Source: Fidelibacterota bacterium
GTDB lineage: Bacteria; Fidelibacterota; Fidelibacteria; Fidelibacterales; DSDE01
Assembly: GCA_046735395.1 (NCBI GenBank)
Contig: JBJKQR010000083.1
Location: 1 to 18,071 of the forward strand
Direction of reading: 5' to 3'
Length of the DNA stretch: 18,071 nucleotides
Of this stretch, positions 1 to 9,100 are shown one piece after another (within the stretch, counting starts at the first letter, position 1; each line of letters begins with the position of its first letter). The notes under the pieces were generated by a model. It was not told the DNA's origin. It made no database searches and saw nothing but the letters and a program-made list of their open reading frames with translations. Both the position numbers and the translations under genes were made by a program.

Positions 1-871
1 CCGCCTGATGAAAATCGAACATTCTGAGCTGCTTCACATCCGGCCGGATGAGGATGTCGGGCGGGTACAGCTTCATGTTCATCTCCGTAATCCGGTTTTC
101 CATCATATCAATGCTGCTGCCCAGCACATCCAGAATATTCGGAATATTTTCACCCGGGTTCAGCCAGTTGTCGATGTTTTTGATGATGGCATTGTCGGCC
201 AGGTCGAAGCGATTTCCGATGCGGTTCAGAAATTCCTTACCCACCTGGGAGCGGGCCTTTTTTTCGTTATGGTTCCGATTGTGCCGGGTTTTCAGGTCTG
301 CGTTCAGATCCACAGCGATGCAGAGTTCCGCGCCCATGTCCCGGCAGAGGTCGACGGGAACAGGATTGAGAACGCCTCCATCTATGAGCAGTCTGTCCCC
401 GAAGCGGTAGGGGGTGAGTATGCCGGGAATGGAAACGGAGGCACGGATGGCTTCGTGAAGATCCCCGTCGCGAAAGATGAAGGGTTCACCGCTGATCATG
501 TCACTTGATGTTATCTGCAGAGGAATTTTAAGATCGGAAAAATACCGGGCATCGGTACAGGATGTAATCAGATCCGGGATGCGTTTTCCGTCCAGGAGTC
601 CGCTGCGGGGAAAACTGACGTCGAAATGACGAAAGACGGTTTTGCGGTCCAGCCGCAGGGCAAATTCCGCAAGCCGGTCCAGATCTCCGGCTGCAAAAAC
701 AGCGCCCACATAGGCGCCGATGCTGCTGCCGGCGATGCAGTGAATGGAGATGCCTGCGTCCCTCAGGCATTGCAGCACGCCGATATGCGCCCAGCCGCGG
801 GAGGATCCGGAACCGAGCGCAATCCCGATTTTCGCAGGCGGAGCCGTGGCCTGTCGTGTGCGTCGTAGCAT
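1..871 (-). CDS. Patatin-like phospholipase / esterase (RssA/NTE-type), 3' end truncated by the window edge
   Basis: Not in the ORF track because it has no stop in the window. Manual translation from the ATG at 871 is open to position 2: MLRRTRQATAPPAKIGIALGSGSSRGWAHIGVLQCLRDAGISIHCIAGSSIGAYVGA...AIRASVSIPGILTP...LLIDGGVLNPVPVDLCRDMGAELCIAVDLN...PDILIRP. It has the Gly-rich oxyanion loop GSGSSRG, the nucleophile motif GSSIG (716-730) and the catalytic DGG (374-382). It starts 6 nt after the stop of the upstream gene. Confidence 0.93.
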   Translation of the reverse strand, partial: MLRRTRQATAPPAKIGIALGSGSSRGWAHIGVLQCLRDAGISIHCIAGSSIGAYVGAVFAAGDLDRLAEFALRLDRKTVFRHFDVSFPRSGLLDGKRIPDLITSCTDARYFSDLKIPLQITSSDMISGEPFIFRDGDLHEAIRASVSIPGILTPYRFGDRLLIDGGVLNPVPVDLCRDMGAELCIAVDLNADLKTRHNRNHNEKKARSQVGKEFLNRIGNRFDLADNAIIKNIDNWLNPGENIPNILDVLGSSIDMMENRITEMNMKLYPPDILIRPDVKQLRMFDFHQA

Positions 872-877
872 GAATGG

Positions 878-2878
878 TTATTTCAGCGCTGCGGCCATGA
901 TGACGGCGATATCCCGGACCTCGGTTTTCAGATCCAGCGCCTTGCAGCCGTCGCTGAGCATGGTATTGCAGAAGGGGCAGGCCGTGGCCAGGATATCCGC
1001 GCCGCTGTCTTTTACATCCGTTGCGCGCTGTATGTTGATTTTGTCGCCGGTTTTTTCCTCGAGCCACATGCGTCCGCCGCCGGCGCCGCAGCAGAGCGCG
1101 CTGTCGTGGTTCCGGGACAGTTCGCGGAATTCACCGGCTACCTTGTTCAGGATCTGCCGGGGCGCGCTGTATACGCCGTTATGCCGTCCCAGATAACAGC
1201 TGTCATGGTAGCTGTAGCTCTGCATGTCCCTGTTCTCGGGATGAATCTTGCCCTCCCGTATAAGCGATGAAATAAACTCACTGTGTGAAAGAACCGTATA
1301 CTGTCCCCCAAGTGCCGGATAGTCATTTTTCAGGGTGGTGAAACAGTGGGGACACTGGGTGATGATGACATCAAATTCGTATTTATTCAGGGTCTCGATA
1401 TTTTCCGCCGCAGCCATCTGAAAAAGATATTCGTTGCCCAGACGACGGGCGCTGTCTCCGGTGCAGCTCTCTTCCGTACCCAGAACAGCAAAATCACTGC
1501 CGGATTTTCTGAGGATATCCACCATGGCCCTGCTGGTCCGGATGGCCTTGTCGTCATAGGCGCCGGCGCAACCGACCCAATACAGATATTTCGCCTTTTT
1601 GACGTTTTTAAAGACGGGCAGATCCAGGTCTTCCGCCCATTTCAGCCGATCCTGTCGGGACAGGCCCCAGGGATTTCCGTTATTTTCCAGATTTTTAAAG
1701 GTCGTAACCGCTTCCCGGGGAAAGTCGCTTTCCATGAGTACGAGATTCTGCCTCATATGGATTAGATCCTGAAAGGGTTCATTGCCCACGGGGCAGATGA
1801 CCTCGCAGTAGCCGCAGGTCGTACAGGCCCAGATGCCTTCATCGGAGATGAGCCAGCTTTTCAGTTCCTTCGGTACATCCGATCCGTTTTCCGGATGGAG
1901 ACGGGAATTCATTTCATGCCGTTTGTTGACCTCCAGGGCCGAGGGCGACAGGGGTTTTCCGCTGCCGTAGGCGGGGCATCCGTCCTGACAGCGATTGCAC
2001 ATGATGCAGGAATAGGCATCGAGACGGCTTTTCTGCGGCAGATGTTCCAGCAGAGCTGCGCCGTACTGCTCTATGTCCTCGTTTTCCAGGTCGATGGGGG
2101 CGAGCACGGCAGCCTTATGGCTTCCATCCCTGAAATAGTGATTGATGGGCGCCATGAAGAGGTGGGCGTGCTTGCTGAAGGGAAAATAGGGAATGAAGAG
2201 AAGAATGAGGCCGATGGCCAGCCACCAGCACAGATGAATGAAAAAAACCAGCTGCTCCGGAGCCATCCCTGACCACAGTCCGGACAGGAAGGTGGCAAAA
2301 ATCTGACTATGGTCGGTGGGGGCTCTGTGGGCGAGTTCAAAGGATGCCCCGAGAAAGCGGAATCCCACATGGAAAAAGATGAAAAGCCCCACAATGGCGC
2401 TGTCCCGCCGGACTCCGGCCCGGCTTCGGGCGGACATGAGAATGTCGTCGCGGATCCGTAATCTTTCTGATTTGAAGAGAAAACGGCGCACGAGAAAATA
2501 CCCCACCGAGAGGAGAACCAGAACAGAAAAAATATCGGTAAAACTGCGATAGATCCGAGCGGCGGCAGTCTGTGAGACCGCCGGTGCAACGGCCGGCCAG
2601 GCGTGGGCGATATCCACGATATTGACCAGGAGGTAAAGCGTGAAGCCCCAGGCGACCATTACATGCATGACCGTGGCCAGCGGTCGGCTTCTGAAAAGAC
2701 TGCGCTGGGATATGAACAGCCACAGGCTTCTCAGCAGGCGTCCCGGATGAAAACCGGAGGGCAGCTTTTCGCCGCCGGATGCAATACTCCGAAACAGATG
2801 CCTGAAATTTCTCCAGCCGCTAAACAGGGTGACCACGACTAAAAGGATGAAAATACTTTTTTCAATGGGATGAAGCAT
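878..2878 (-). CDS. fadF: Membrane-bound (Fe-S)-binding oxidoreductase, FadF-like / HdrD-GlpC CCG family (putative ETF:quinone oxidoreductase)
   Basis: 666 aa. The N-terminal region has multiple TM segments with His residues (VMH, FFH, FIH, KHAH; possible heme b ligands). It has two ferredoxin motifs, CIMCNRCQDGCP and CTTCGYCEVICP, and two CCG domains (WVGC..ESCTG..CPHC; YHDSCYLGR..CCGAGG..ACPFC). SD GGAGG at 2884-2888. The gene symbol is family-level only. Confidence 0.85.
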   Translation of the reverse strand: MLHPIEKSIFILLVVVTLFSGWRNFRHLFRSIASGGEKLPSGFHPGRLLRSLWLFISQRSLFRSRPLATVMHVMVAWGFTLYLLVNIVDIAHAWPAVAPAVSQTAAARIYRSFTDIFSVLVLLSVGYFLVRRFLFKSERLRIRDDILMSARSRAGVRRDSAIVGLFIFFHVGFRFLGASFELAHRAPTDHSQIFATFLSGLWSGMAPEQLVFFIHLCWWLAIGLILLFIPYFPFSKHAHLFMAPINHYFRDGSHKAAVLAPIDLENEDIEQYGAALLEHLPQKSRLDAYSCIMCNRCQDGCPAYGSGKPLSPSALEVNKRHEMNSRLHPENGSDVPKELKSWLISDEGIWACTTCGYCEVICPVGNEPFQDLIHMRQNLVLMESDFPREAVTTFKNLENNGNPWGLSRQDRLKWAEDLDLPVFKNVKKAKYLYWVGCAGAYDDKAIRTSRAMVDILRKSGSDFAVLGTEESCTGDSARRLGNEYLFQMAAAENIETLNKYEFDVIITQCPHCFTTLKNDYPALGGQYTVLSHSEFISSLIREGKIHPENRDMQSYSYHDSCYLGRHNGVYSAPRQILNKVAGEFRELSRNHDSALCCGAGGGRMWLEEKTGDKINIQRATDVKDSGADILATACPFCNTMLSDGCKALDLKTEVRDIAVIMAAALK

Positions 2879-2927
2879 GCGTTCCTCCAGTCCGCCGGTC
2901 GGGCGGTATTAAATTTGTTTTCGCCTG

Positions 2928-2956
2928 AATTTATCACTTCAGGGTGACGGATGCAA
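2928..2956 (-). promoter_or_regulatory. Putative sigma70-type promoter for the fadF-patatin operon
   Basis: Minus strand reads TTGCAT (2956-2951), a 17-nt spacer, then TAAATT (2933-2928), with an extended -10 TG (TGaTAAATT). It lies about 50 nt upstream of the ATG. Confidence 0.6.
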
Positions 2957-3144
2957 AAATATTGACATGAGCCTTGTTTTTCCCGGCTGCTCTCCGATGG
3001 CGAAAAAATAGCCGAAACCGCTGTAAAAACGCCTGAAATCCGCCCCGGGACCGCTTGTGCGGAATCGGGAAATTATTGAAATAAATTGACTGAAAATGAG
3101 GGTCTTTCATGAAGGCGAATCTCTGCTGAAGCCGCATGAGGACT

Positions 3145-3163
3145 TAGTTCGCTGACCGAACTA
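3145..3163. promoter_or_regulatory. Perfect inverted repeat TAGTTCG-N5-CGAACTA (candidate operator or hairpin)
   Basis: 7-bp perfect arms with a CTGAC spacer in the divergent intergenic region. It can be extended imperfectly by ATGAG (3136-3140) pairing with CTCAT (3172-3176). Confidence 0.45.
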
Positions 3164-3194
3164 TTTGTTCACTCATATTATAGCGAAAATCTAT

Positions 3195-3225
3195 TTGATT
3201 TGGTTTGTTTTATGTTATAAATTTG
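3195..3225 (+). promoter_or_regulatory. Putative promoter of the TonB-receptor/PorV operon
   Basis: TTGATT (3195-3200)-N17-TAAATT (3218-3223). The same stretch also fits the Bacteroidota-type TTTG (3194-3197)-N20-TAAATTTG (3218-3225). The context is AT-rich. Confidence 0.6.
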
Positions 3226-3348
3226 TGAAACCATGAGATGGAAGCAGTTAAAATCGTAAGGGGAGAAAAAGTACCACCTTTGATGAATTATTGCCAAAAT
3301 CATAAAAATCGATATTTGCTAATAATGTTGGAATAAAGAGGATTGTGC

Positions 3349-6138
3349 ATGCTGAAAAAAGTTTTGATGATCGTCGCACTAAGCACAGCTTTCCTTGGGG
3401 CGGGAACCAGTGGAAAAATCAGCGGCCTGGTCACGGAGCAGGGATCGGGCGGGCCGCTCATCGGCTGCAACGTCCTGGTTGACGGCACCTCGATGGGTGC
3501 GGCGACAGACGCGGACGGTTATTACAATATCCTCAACGTCCCTCCCGGACTCTATACTCTCCGTTTTTCAATGATCGGATATCAGACGAAGGTGATGTCA
3601 AATGTCATGGTGGCATCGGATCTGACCTCGAATATATCGGCGACCCTTGGCGTGGAAGCCATCAAGGGTGACATCGTGACGGTTGTGGCCGAGCGTCCCA
3701 TGGTTCAGAAGGATCTGACTGCCACGACCGCGATCGTCTCGTCCGAGGAGATCGAAAAACTGCCCATCACCGAAATCGGGGATGCCATCGGTATGCAGGC
3801 CGGCTATGTGGACGGATCAATGAGAGGCGGGCGCAAGGGTGAGGTTGCCTATCTCATCGACGGGATTCCGGTGACCGACAGTTACGACCGGTCGTCCGTC
3901 ATCGATGTGAATAAAAATATGGTTCAGGAACTGCAGGTCATATCCGGAGCCTTCAATGCCGAGTACGGGAAAGTCATGTCCGGCATCGTCAATATCACTA
4001 CGACCCGGGGCAGTGATCATTTCGGCGGAAATCTCGAGCTCTACACCGGGGATTATGTTTCGAATCACTCGAAAATCTTCATGAATATTGATCACGTGAA
4101 TCCGTCAAATATCTATAACGGCGAGCTGAATTTCTACGGCCCCATCATCCCGGGCCGGCTTCAGTATAACGTGGATTACCGGCATATCTATTTCGGAGGC
4201 TGGCAGGAGGGCCAGAAGCGTTATAACCCCTGGGCGGTCATGTTTCCCCTGTCTCAGCCGGACGGAAGCCAGCACTGGACGCTCATCGATTCCACCACCA
4301 TGCTGGGTGACAATACGTATGTTCCCATGAACTGGAACCGCAAGAATTACTTTCAGGGCCAGATGACTCTGAAAATCACCGAACGGCTGAATCTTTTCTA
4401 TAATTATTTTTATGATTCGAAGGATTATCAGGATTACGACATGCAGTTCATGTACAACCCGGATGGCCTGCTGAAGAAGAATCTGACGGGCACGACACAT
4501 CTGCTCAAACTTCAGCATCAGCTGAGTACGAAAACATTTTACAATATCGGTTTTTCCCGGTCCGACCGGGCCTATAAGGGGCGTTACAGCGACAAGACGT
4601 CCTTTTCGGACTGGAATATATATGTTCATCCCTATTATCTCACCCAGTATGCCTATCAGTTTCATGTGGGCGGTACCCAGAACAGTCACGAGCTCCGGGA
4701 CAGCCGGACCACATTGCTGAAATTCGATATGACGAGTCAGATAAACAAACAGCATCAGGTGAAATTCGGCGCGGATTATTCACAGCATGACATCAGCTGG
4801 GAAAGCTATGAGCTGAGGCCGGCACTCGGTGAAAATTATTATGACTATTCCTCCGGATCCGATCTGCCCACGTCGTTCAATCCCTTCATTCATCCGACCC
4901 ATCTTCCCGATTCCACCATTTATTCCTCGTCCTACCATCATCGTCCTTCCGAATATTCCGCATTCCTTCAGGACAAGATGGAGTTCACCGAGCTTATCGT
5001 AAATATCGGTATCCGTTATGACTATTTTGAGCCGGATGGGGTTGTGCTCGCGGATCCGAGTGACCCGGAAATTTATAATCCCATCAAGCCGGCCAACCGT
5101 TTTCATGATCTGAACGGAAACGGAGTCCAGGATCTGGGAGAGGCCTCCGTCACCTATGCTGAGCGGCTGGCATACTGGTATAAGAAGGCCTCGCCGAAAT
5201 CCAAGCTTTCACCCCGCATCGGAATCTCCTTTCCGGTCAGCGACCGGGGCGTCTTTCATTTCAGTTACGGGCACTTTTTTCAGATTCCGAATTTCAATTA
5301 TCTCTACCAGAATCCGGAATTTGAGCTGGGATCCGGCACGGGAAACCAGGGTGTCATCGGAAATGCGGATCTGAGACCGGAACAGACGATTGTGGGTGAG
5401 CTGGGGCTTCAGCAGGAGCTGAATACTAATCTCAGCATGGATGTGACCATTTATATGAAGGATGTGCGGGACCTGACCGGAACCCGGGCCGATGAGATCG
5501 AAGTGTTCGGCGGAGCCTCGACCTACAGCCGTCTGGTGAACAGTGATTTCGGTGTCATCAAGGGCATCACCCTGGCTCTCAATCAGCGCACTCCCGCTGG
5601 TTTCTATACATCGGTGGATTACACATTTCAGATCGCGTCGGGAACGGCCTCCGATCCCAATGCCTACCGGGACGCCATCAGCGGAGGGAATAAGCCGGAA
5701 ATTCAGCTTCTGCCCCTCTCCTGGGATCAGCGGCACACGGTCAATCTGACCACCGGTTATAACGTGAAAAATTACGGCTTCACCTTTATCGGCAGATATG
5801 GCAGCGGTCTGCCCTATACACCCAGAAGCAGCCAGGACATCACCTCTCTCCTCACCAATTCCCAGACCAAACCCATGACTCTGAATCTGGATGTCCGCGG
5901 CTATATCACACTGCGCAGCAAGGTGGAACTCTTTTTCCGCGTCAAGAATCTCTTCGACCGGCTGAATGAAACCGGTGTCTATGATGATACGGGCCGGGCC
6001 GGGTTCACCACCGAACTTGAACGGGTTGAAGCACTGAATATACCGACTCCCGTCAACTCCATCAGACAGTATTTCACGAACCCGACGTATTATTCAGAAC
6101 CCCGACGGATCGAAATCGGAATGAGAGTGAAAATATGA
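3349..6138 (+). CDS. TonB-dependent receptor 1 (N-terminal carboxypeptidase-regulatory-like domain, plug, beta-barrel)
   Basis: Signal peptide MLKKVLMIVALSTAFLGA, then a CarboxypepD_reg-like domain (GKISGLVTE..GPLIGCNVLV..GAATDADGYYNILNVPPGLYTL), plug motifs (RGGRKGEVAYLIDGIPV, ELQVISGAFNAEYGKVMSGIVNITT), barrel motifs (LSPRIGISFPV, GNADLRPEQT) and a C-terminal strand PRRIEIGMRVKI. The start was moved from TTG 3343 to ATG 3349 because SD AGAGGA (3337-3342) lies 6 nt upstream. Confidence 0.93.
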   Translation: MLKKVLMIVALSTAFLGAGTSGKISGLVTEQGSGGPLIGCNVLVDGTSMGAATDADGYYNILNVPPGLYTLRFSMIGYQTKVMSNVMVASDLTSNISATLGVEAIKGDIVTVVAERPMVQKDLTATTAIVSSEEIEKLPITEIGDAIGMQAGYVDGSMRGGRKGEVAYLIDGIPVTDSYDRSSVIDVNKNMVQELQVISGAFNAEYGKVMSGIVNITTTRGSDHFGGNLELYTGDYVSNHSKIFMNIDHVNPSNIYNGELNFYGPIIPGRLQYNVDYRHIYFGGWQEGQKRYNPWAVMFPLSQPDGSQHWTLIDSTTMLGDNTYVPMNWNRKNYFQGQMTLKITERLNLFYNYFYDSKDYQDYDMQFMYNPDGLLKKNLTGTTHLLKLQHQLSTKTFYNIGFSRSDRAYKGRYSDKTSFSDWNIYVHPYYLTQYAYQFHVGGTQNSHELRDSRTTLLKFDMTSQINKQHQVKFGADYSQHDISWESYELRPALGENYYDYSSGSDLPTSFNPFIHPTHLPDSTIYSSSYHHRPSEYSAFLQDKMEFTELIVNIGIRYDYFEPDGVVLADPSDPEIYNPIKPANRFHDLNGNGVQDLGEASVTYAERLAYWYKKASPKSKLSPRIGISFPVSDRGVFHFSYGHFFQIPNFNYLYQNPEFELGSGTGNQGVIGNADLRPEQTIVGELGLQQELNTNLSMDVTIYMKDVRDLTGTRADEIEVFGGASTYSRLVNSDFGVIKGITLALNQRTPAGFYTSVDYTFQIASGTASDPNAYRDAISGGNKPEIQLLPLSWDQRHTVNLTTGYNVKNYGFTFIGRYGSGLPYTPRSSQDITSLLTNSQTKPMTLNLDVRGYITLRSKVELFFRVKNLFDRLNETGVYDDTGRAGFTTELERVEALNIPTPVNSIRQYFTNPTYYSEPRRIEIGMRVKI

Positions 6139-9100
6139 AATATAAAAATGTAATATCCTTCAGCCTGGCAATGATGCTGCTCAGCGCCTCCGTTCCTCTT
6201 TTCGGCCAGAGCAGCGGGCGGCAGTACCGCCGGACCGGAATTCATAATGCAAATCTTGTCCGGACGGTCTTCGGCAACTGGGGCGTCATCGGCCAGCCGG
6301 CACAGAAGGGGCCGCGCGGCGCCTGGCTCTACGATACGAATGGCTATATCGGGGATGTGTCTCCCCTTATCGGTGCTGAAGTCTCATATTTTGATACGGT
6401 TACGAATAAGCTGGTGAAATTTCACTCGGTGGTGGTTTCTCCGGTGGACCGGCCCGCCACGGGCCGTGAACTGTCACCCACCGGGGAGAGCTGGACTTTC
6501 GAGCCGGTGAGCGGATATTTCAATCCCAATAACGAAAAGGTGGCCATGAGCACCGACCCTTCATCCTGGCCGTCGTCCTGGCCGGACAGGGAAAATGATC
6601 CGGAAGATCCGGGCTGGCCGGGGAAATGGGACGGTTTTTTCGGCAAGGGCGTGACCAATGCGGATCAGGAATCCTATTTCGTCATGGATGATAACAACGA
6701 TCAGGAATTCAATTTTTCAAATTATAATAATATTCTCGAACCCTGGTCCCCGACGGGCCGCGGTGTGGATTTTAAGCCGGACAGCACAAATCTTGCCCGC
6801 AGCGGCATGGGGCTGCAGGTGAAGGTCCGCGGGCTTCAGTGGGCTCAGTTTCTGGCCTCCGACGTGATCTTCTGGCTCTATGAAGTGACGAATACGAGTA
6901 CCACAAATTATGATAAAGTCGCCTTCGGCATGCTGGCCGGTACGTACGTGGGCGTCACGGGCGCGGATGACTCGCCTCATGAATATGATGATGATTACAG
7001 CTTTTTTGATGTGCAGCGGGATCTGACTTATACGGGAGATTATCCCAATAACAATGCGCGAAATCCCAAATGGCAGGGCAAAGTCGGTATGGTGGGCTAC
7101 GCCTTCCTCGAATCTCCCGGAAATCCCTTCGACGGCATCGACAATGACGGCGATAATAATCCGGAAAGCAATCCGGGCAGTCACGGACTGATCTTTACAG
7201 CCCCGTTGTTTAGCGAAGCCGATTTTGATTCGGTTCATTATGGGATCGGGGATGATGTGGTGCTCATCAATGATGATTACACCCGGACAGTCTTTCATAT
7301 CACATCGCTGCCGGTGACGGTGGAAACCCGCGGGCTCACTGTGACCCTGGACGGAACAACCGCCCTGATCGAAGGAAATATTGACGGGAACGGCGATATC
7401 AATCCCAATGTCTATGACGGTGTCGACAATGATCTGGACGGCCTCATTGATGAAAATTATTTAGTTCACTACCGGCAGGTTCGCAAGGATCAGAACGGCA
7501 AGGTCCTGATCGATACGCTGAATCCGGTTTCCTACATTGATTACCGGAACGGAATCGGCCTGGATGATCCGCTCATCGATGAAAAGCGGAATGACGGTAT
7601 TGACAATGACGGAGACTGGGATCCGCTTATCGACGATGTGGGTGCGGACGGAAAGGCCGGTACTCTGGATTACGGTGAGAATGACGGGGTGCCCACGGCC
7701 GGTGAACCGAATTTTGATCAGACGGATGTGGATGAATCCGATCAGATCGGCCTCACCTCCTTCAACTATTTCACGCCGGCCAATGATTATCCCATGAATG
7801 ATGACGAGGCACTCTGGGACTGGATGAAACCCGGATATTTCGACGTGCCATCCTCCATCGTGAATAATAAACCCATCAGCGGTGAGGACGGAGATTTTAT
7901 CTACGGATCGGGATATTTTCCGCTTCGTGCCGGCCAGACCGAACGTTTTTCCCTGGCTCTGGTCTACGGCAATGACATCACGGACCTGCTGAAGAACCGG
8001 GAAACGGTACAGAAGATCTACAACGCGGATTATCGCTTCCCCCAGCCGCCGGACAAACCGACGCTGACAGTCGTACCGGGTGACGGGAAGGTGACCCTGT
8101 ACTGGGATAGAATTTCTGAAAATTCCATGGATCCGGTGACCAAGGAATATGATTTTGAAGGGTATAAGATCTACAAGGCCACGGATGCGGATTTTGCGGA
8201 TGTCTTCAAGGTTACGAACATGAACGGGATTGTCTCAGGCTATATTCCTCTGCAGCAGTACGATGTGAAGGACGGGGTGAAGGGGATCTTCTATCCCCGG
8301 GAAGACCTGTATCAGGATGCGGAAGGATTTTCCTTCAATCTCGGATCCGATTCGGGCCTGAGACACAGTTTCGTGGATACGGATGTGGAAAACGGACGCC
8401 GCTATTTTTATGCGGTGGTTGCCTATGACAAGGGCAATGCGGCCGAAGATATTTTCCCGTCTGAAAACACGAAATTCATTTCCATTCAGCCGAACGGGGA
8501 TATCATTACGGATATCAATACAGCCATGGTCCGGCCATCTGCCGTTGCCGCCGGCTATGACGGAAATAATGACGCCACGTCCCTTTCGCATATGACGGGC
8601 AATGCGGGCGGAACTATCCGGTATACTGTCGTCGACGACAGCCAGCTCACCGGCCATCATTACCGTGTGTCCTTCGGTGACAGTTATTCAGACCGCATCG
8701 ACAATGACAATGACTGGAATATTCTGACCGATGATGTGGGCTCGGATGGCGATCCCAATGTGATCGATGCGGACAGCACTCAGAATAACGGAGTTCCGGA
8801 TCCGGGCGAACCCAATTTCGACTGGAGGGACCGGGATGAATTTTCGGTGAAAACCAGCTGGTATTCGGTCCTGGATCTGACGGGCCATTCTGAAAGCGTT
8901 GATCTGGATACCTCGTGGATTTATCTCGCCAGACAGCACCTGATCGGCCAGACTCTGCTCATTTCCCGCAGCTCGGATCCCAATAATTATCTCCCGCTTG
9001 ATGTGGTCGAGCTGGACAGCCTGCGGGGAAAATTGCGTCTCCGGTCCGAAGAGGATGCGGGCAGCTATCTTCTGAATTATCAGTATTTCCCGGTTTATCG

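Noticed and set aside
8..1196. ORF-track entries 8..508 (+), 48..410 (+), 528..1067 (-), 626..868 (+), 744..1196 (+)
   Set aside because: These are antisense or off-frame shadows of the patatin and fadF genes. The real frame (ATG 871 leftwards) carries all the patatin motifs.
2934..2947. TCAC-N6-GTGA inverted repeat inside the fadF promoter spacer
   Set aside because: The arms are only 4 bp and in the opposite orientation to CRP/Rex sites. It is too weak to call.
2962..2967. Perfect TTGACA hexamer on the plus strand
   Set aside because: There is no -10-like hexamer 16-18 nt downstream (the sequence there is GC-rich), and it is far from the next plus-strand gene.
3158..3170. GAAC-TATTT-GTTC resembling a Gram-positive LexA (Cheo) box
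   Set aside because: The spacer is 5 nt rather than 4, and the flanking genes are not SOS-related.
3343..3348. TTG start at 3343 for TBDR 1
   Set aside because: It abuts the SD (AGAGGA 3337-3342). ATG 3349 has proper spacing and gives a clean signal peptide.
7131..8840. CRISPR array or DNA-level tandem repeat
   Set aside because: The similarity is at the protein level within an open frame, with diverged codons and irregular spacing. There are no cas genes.
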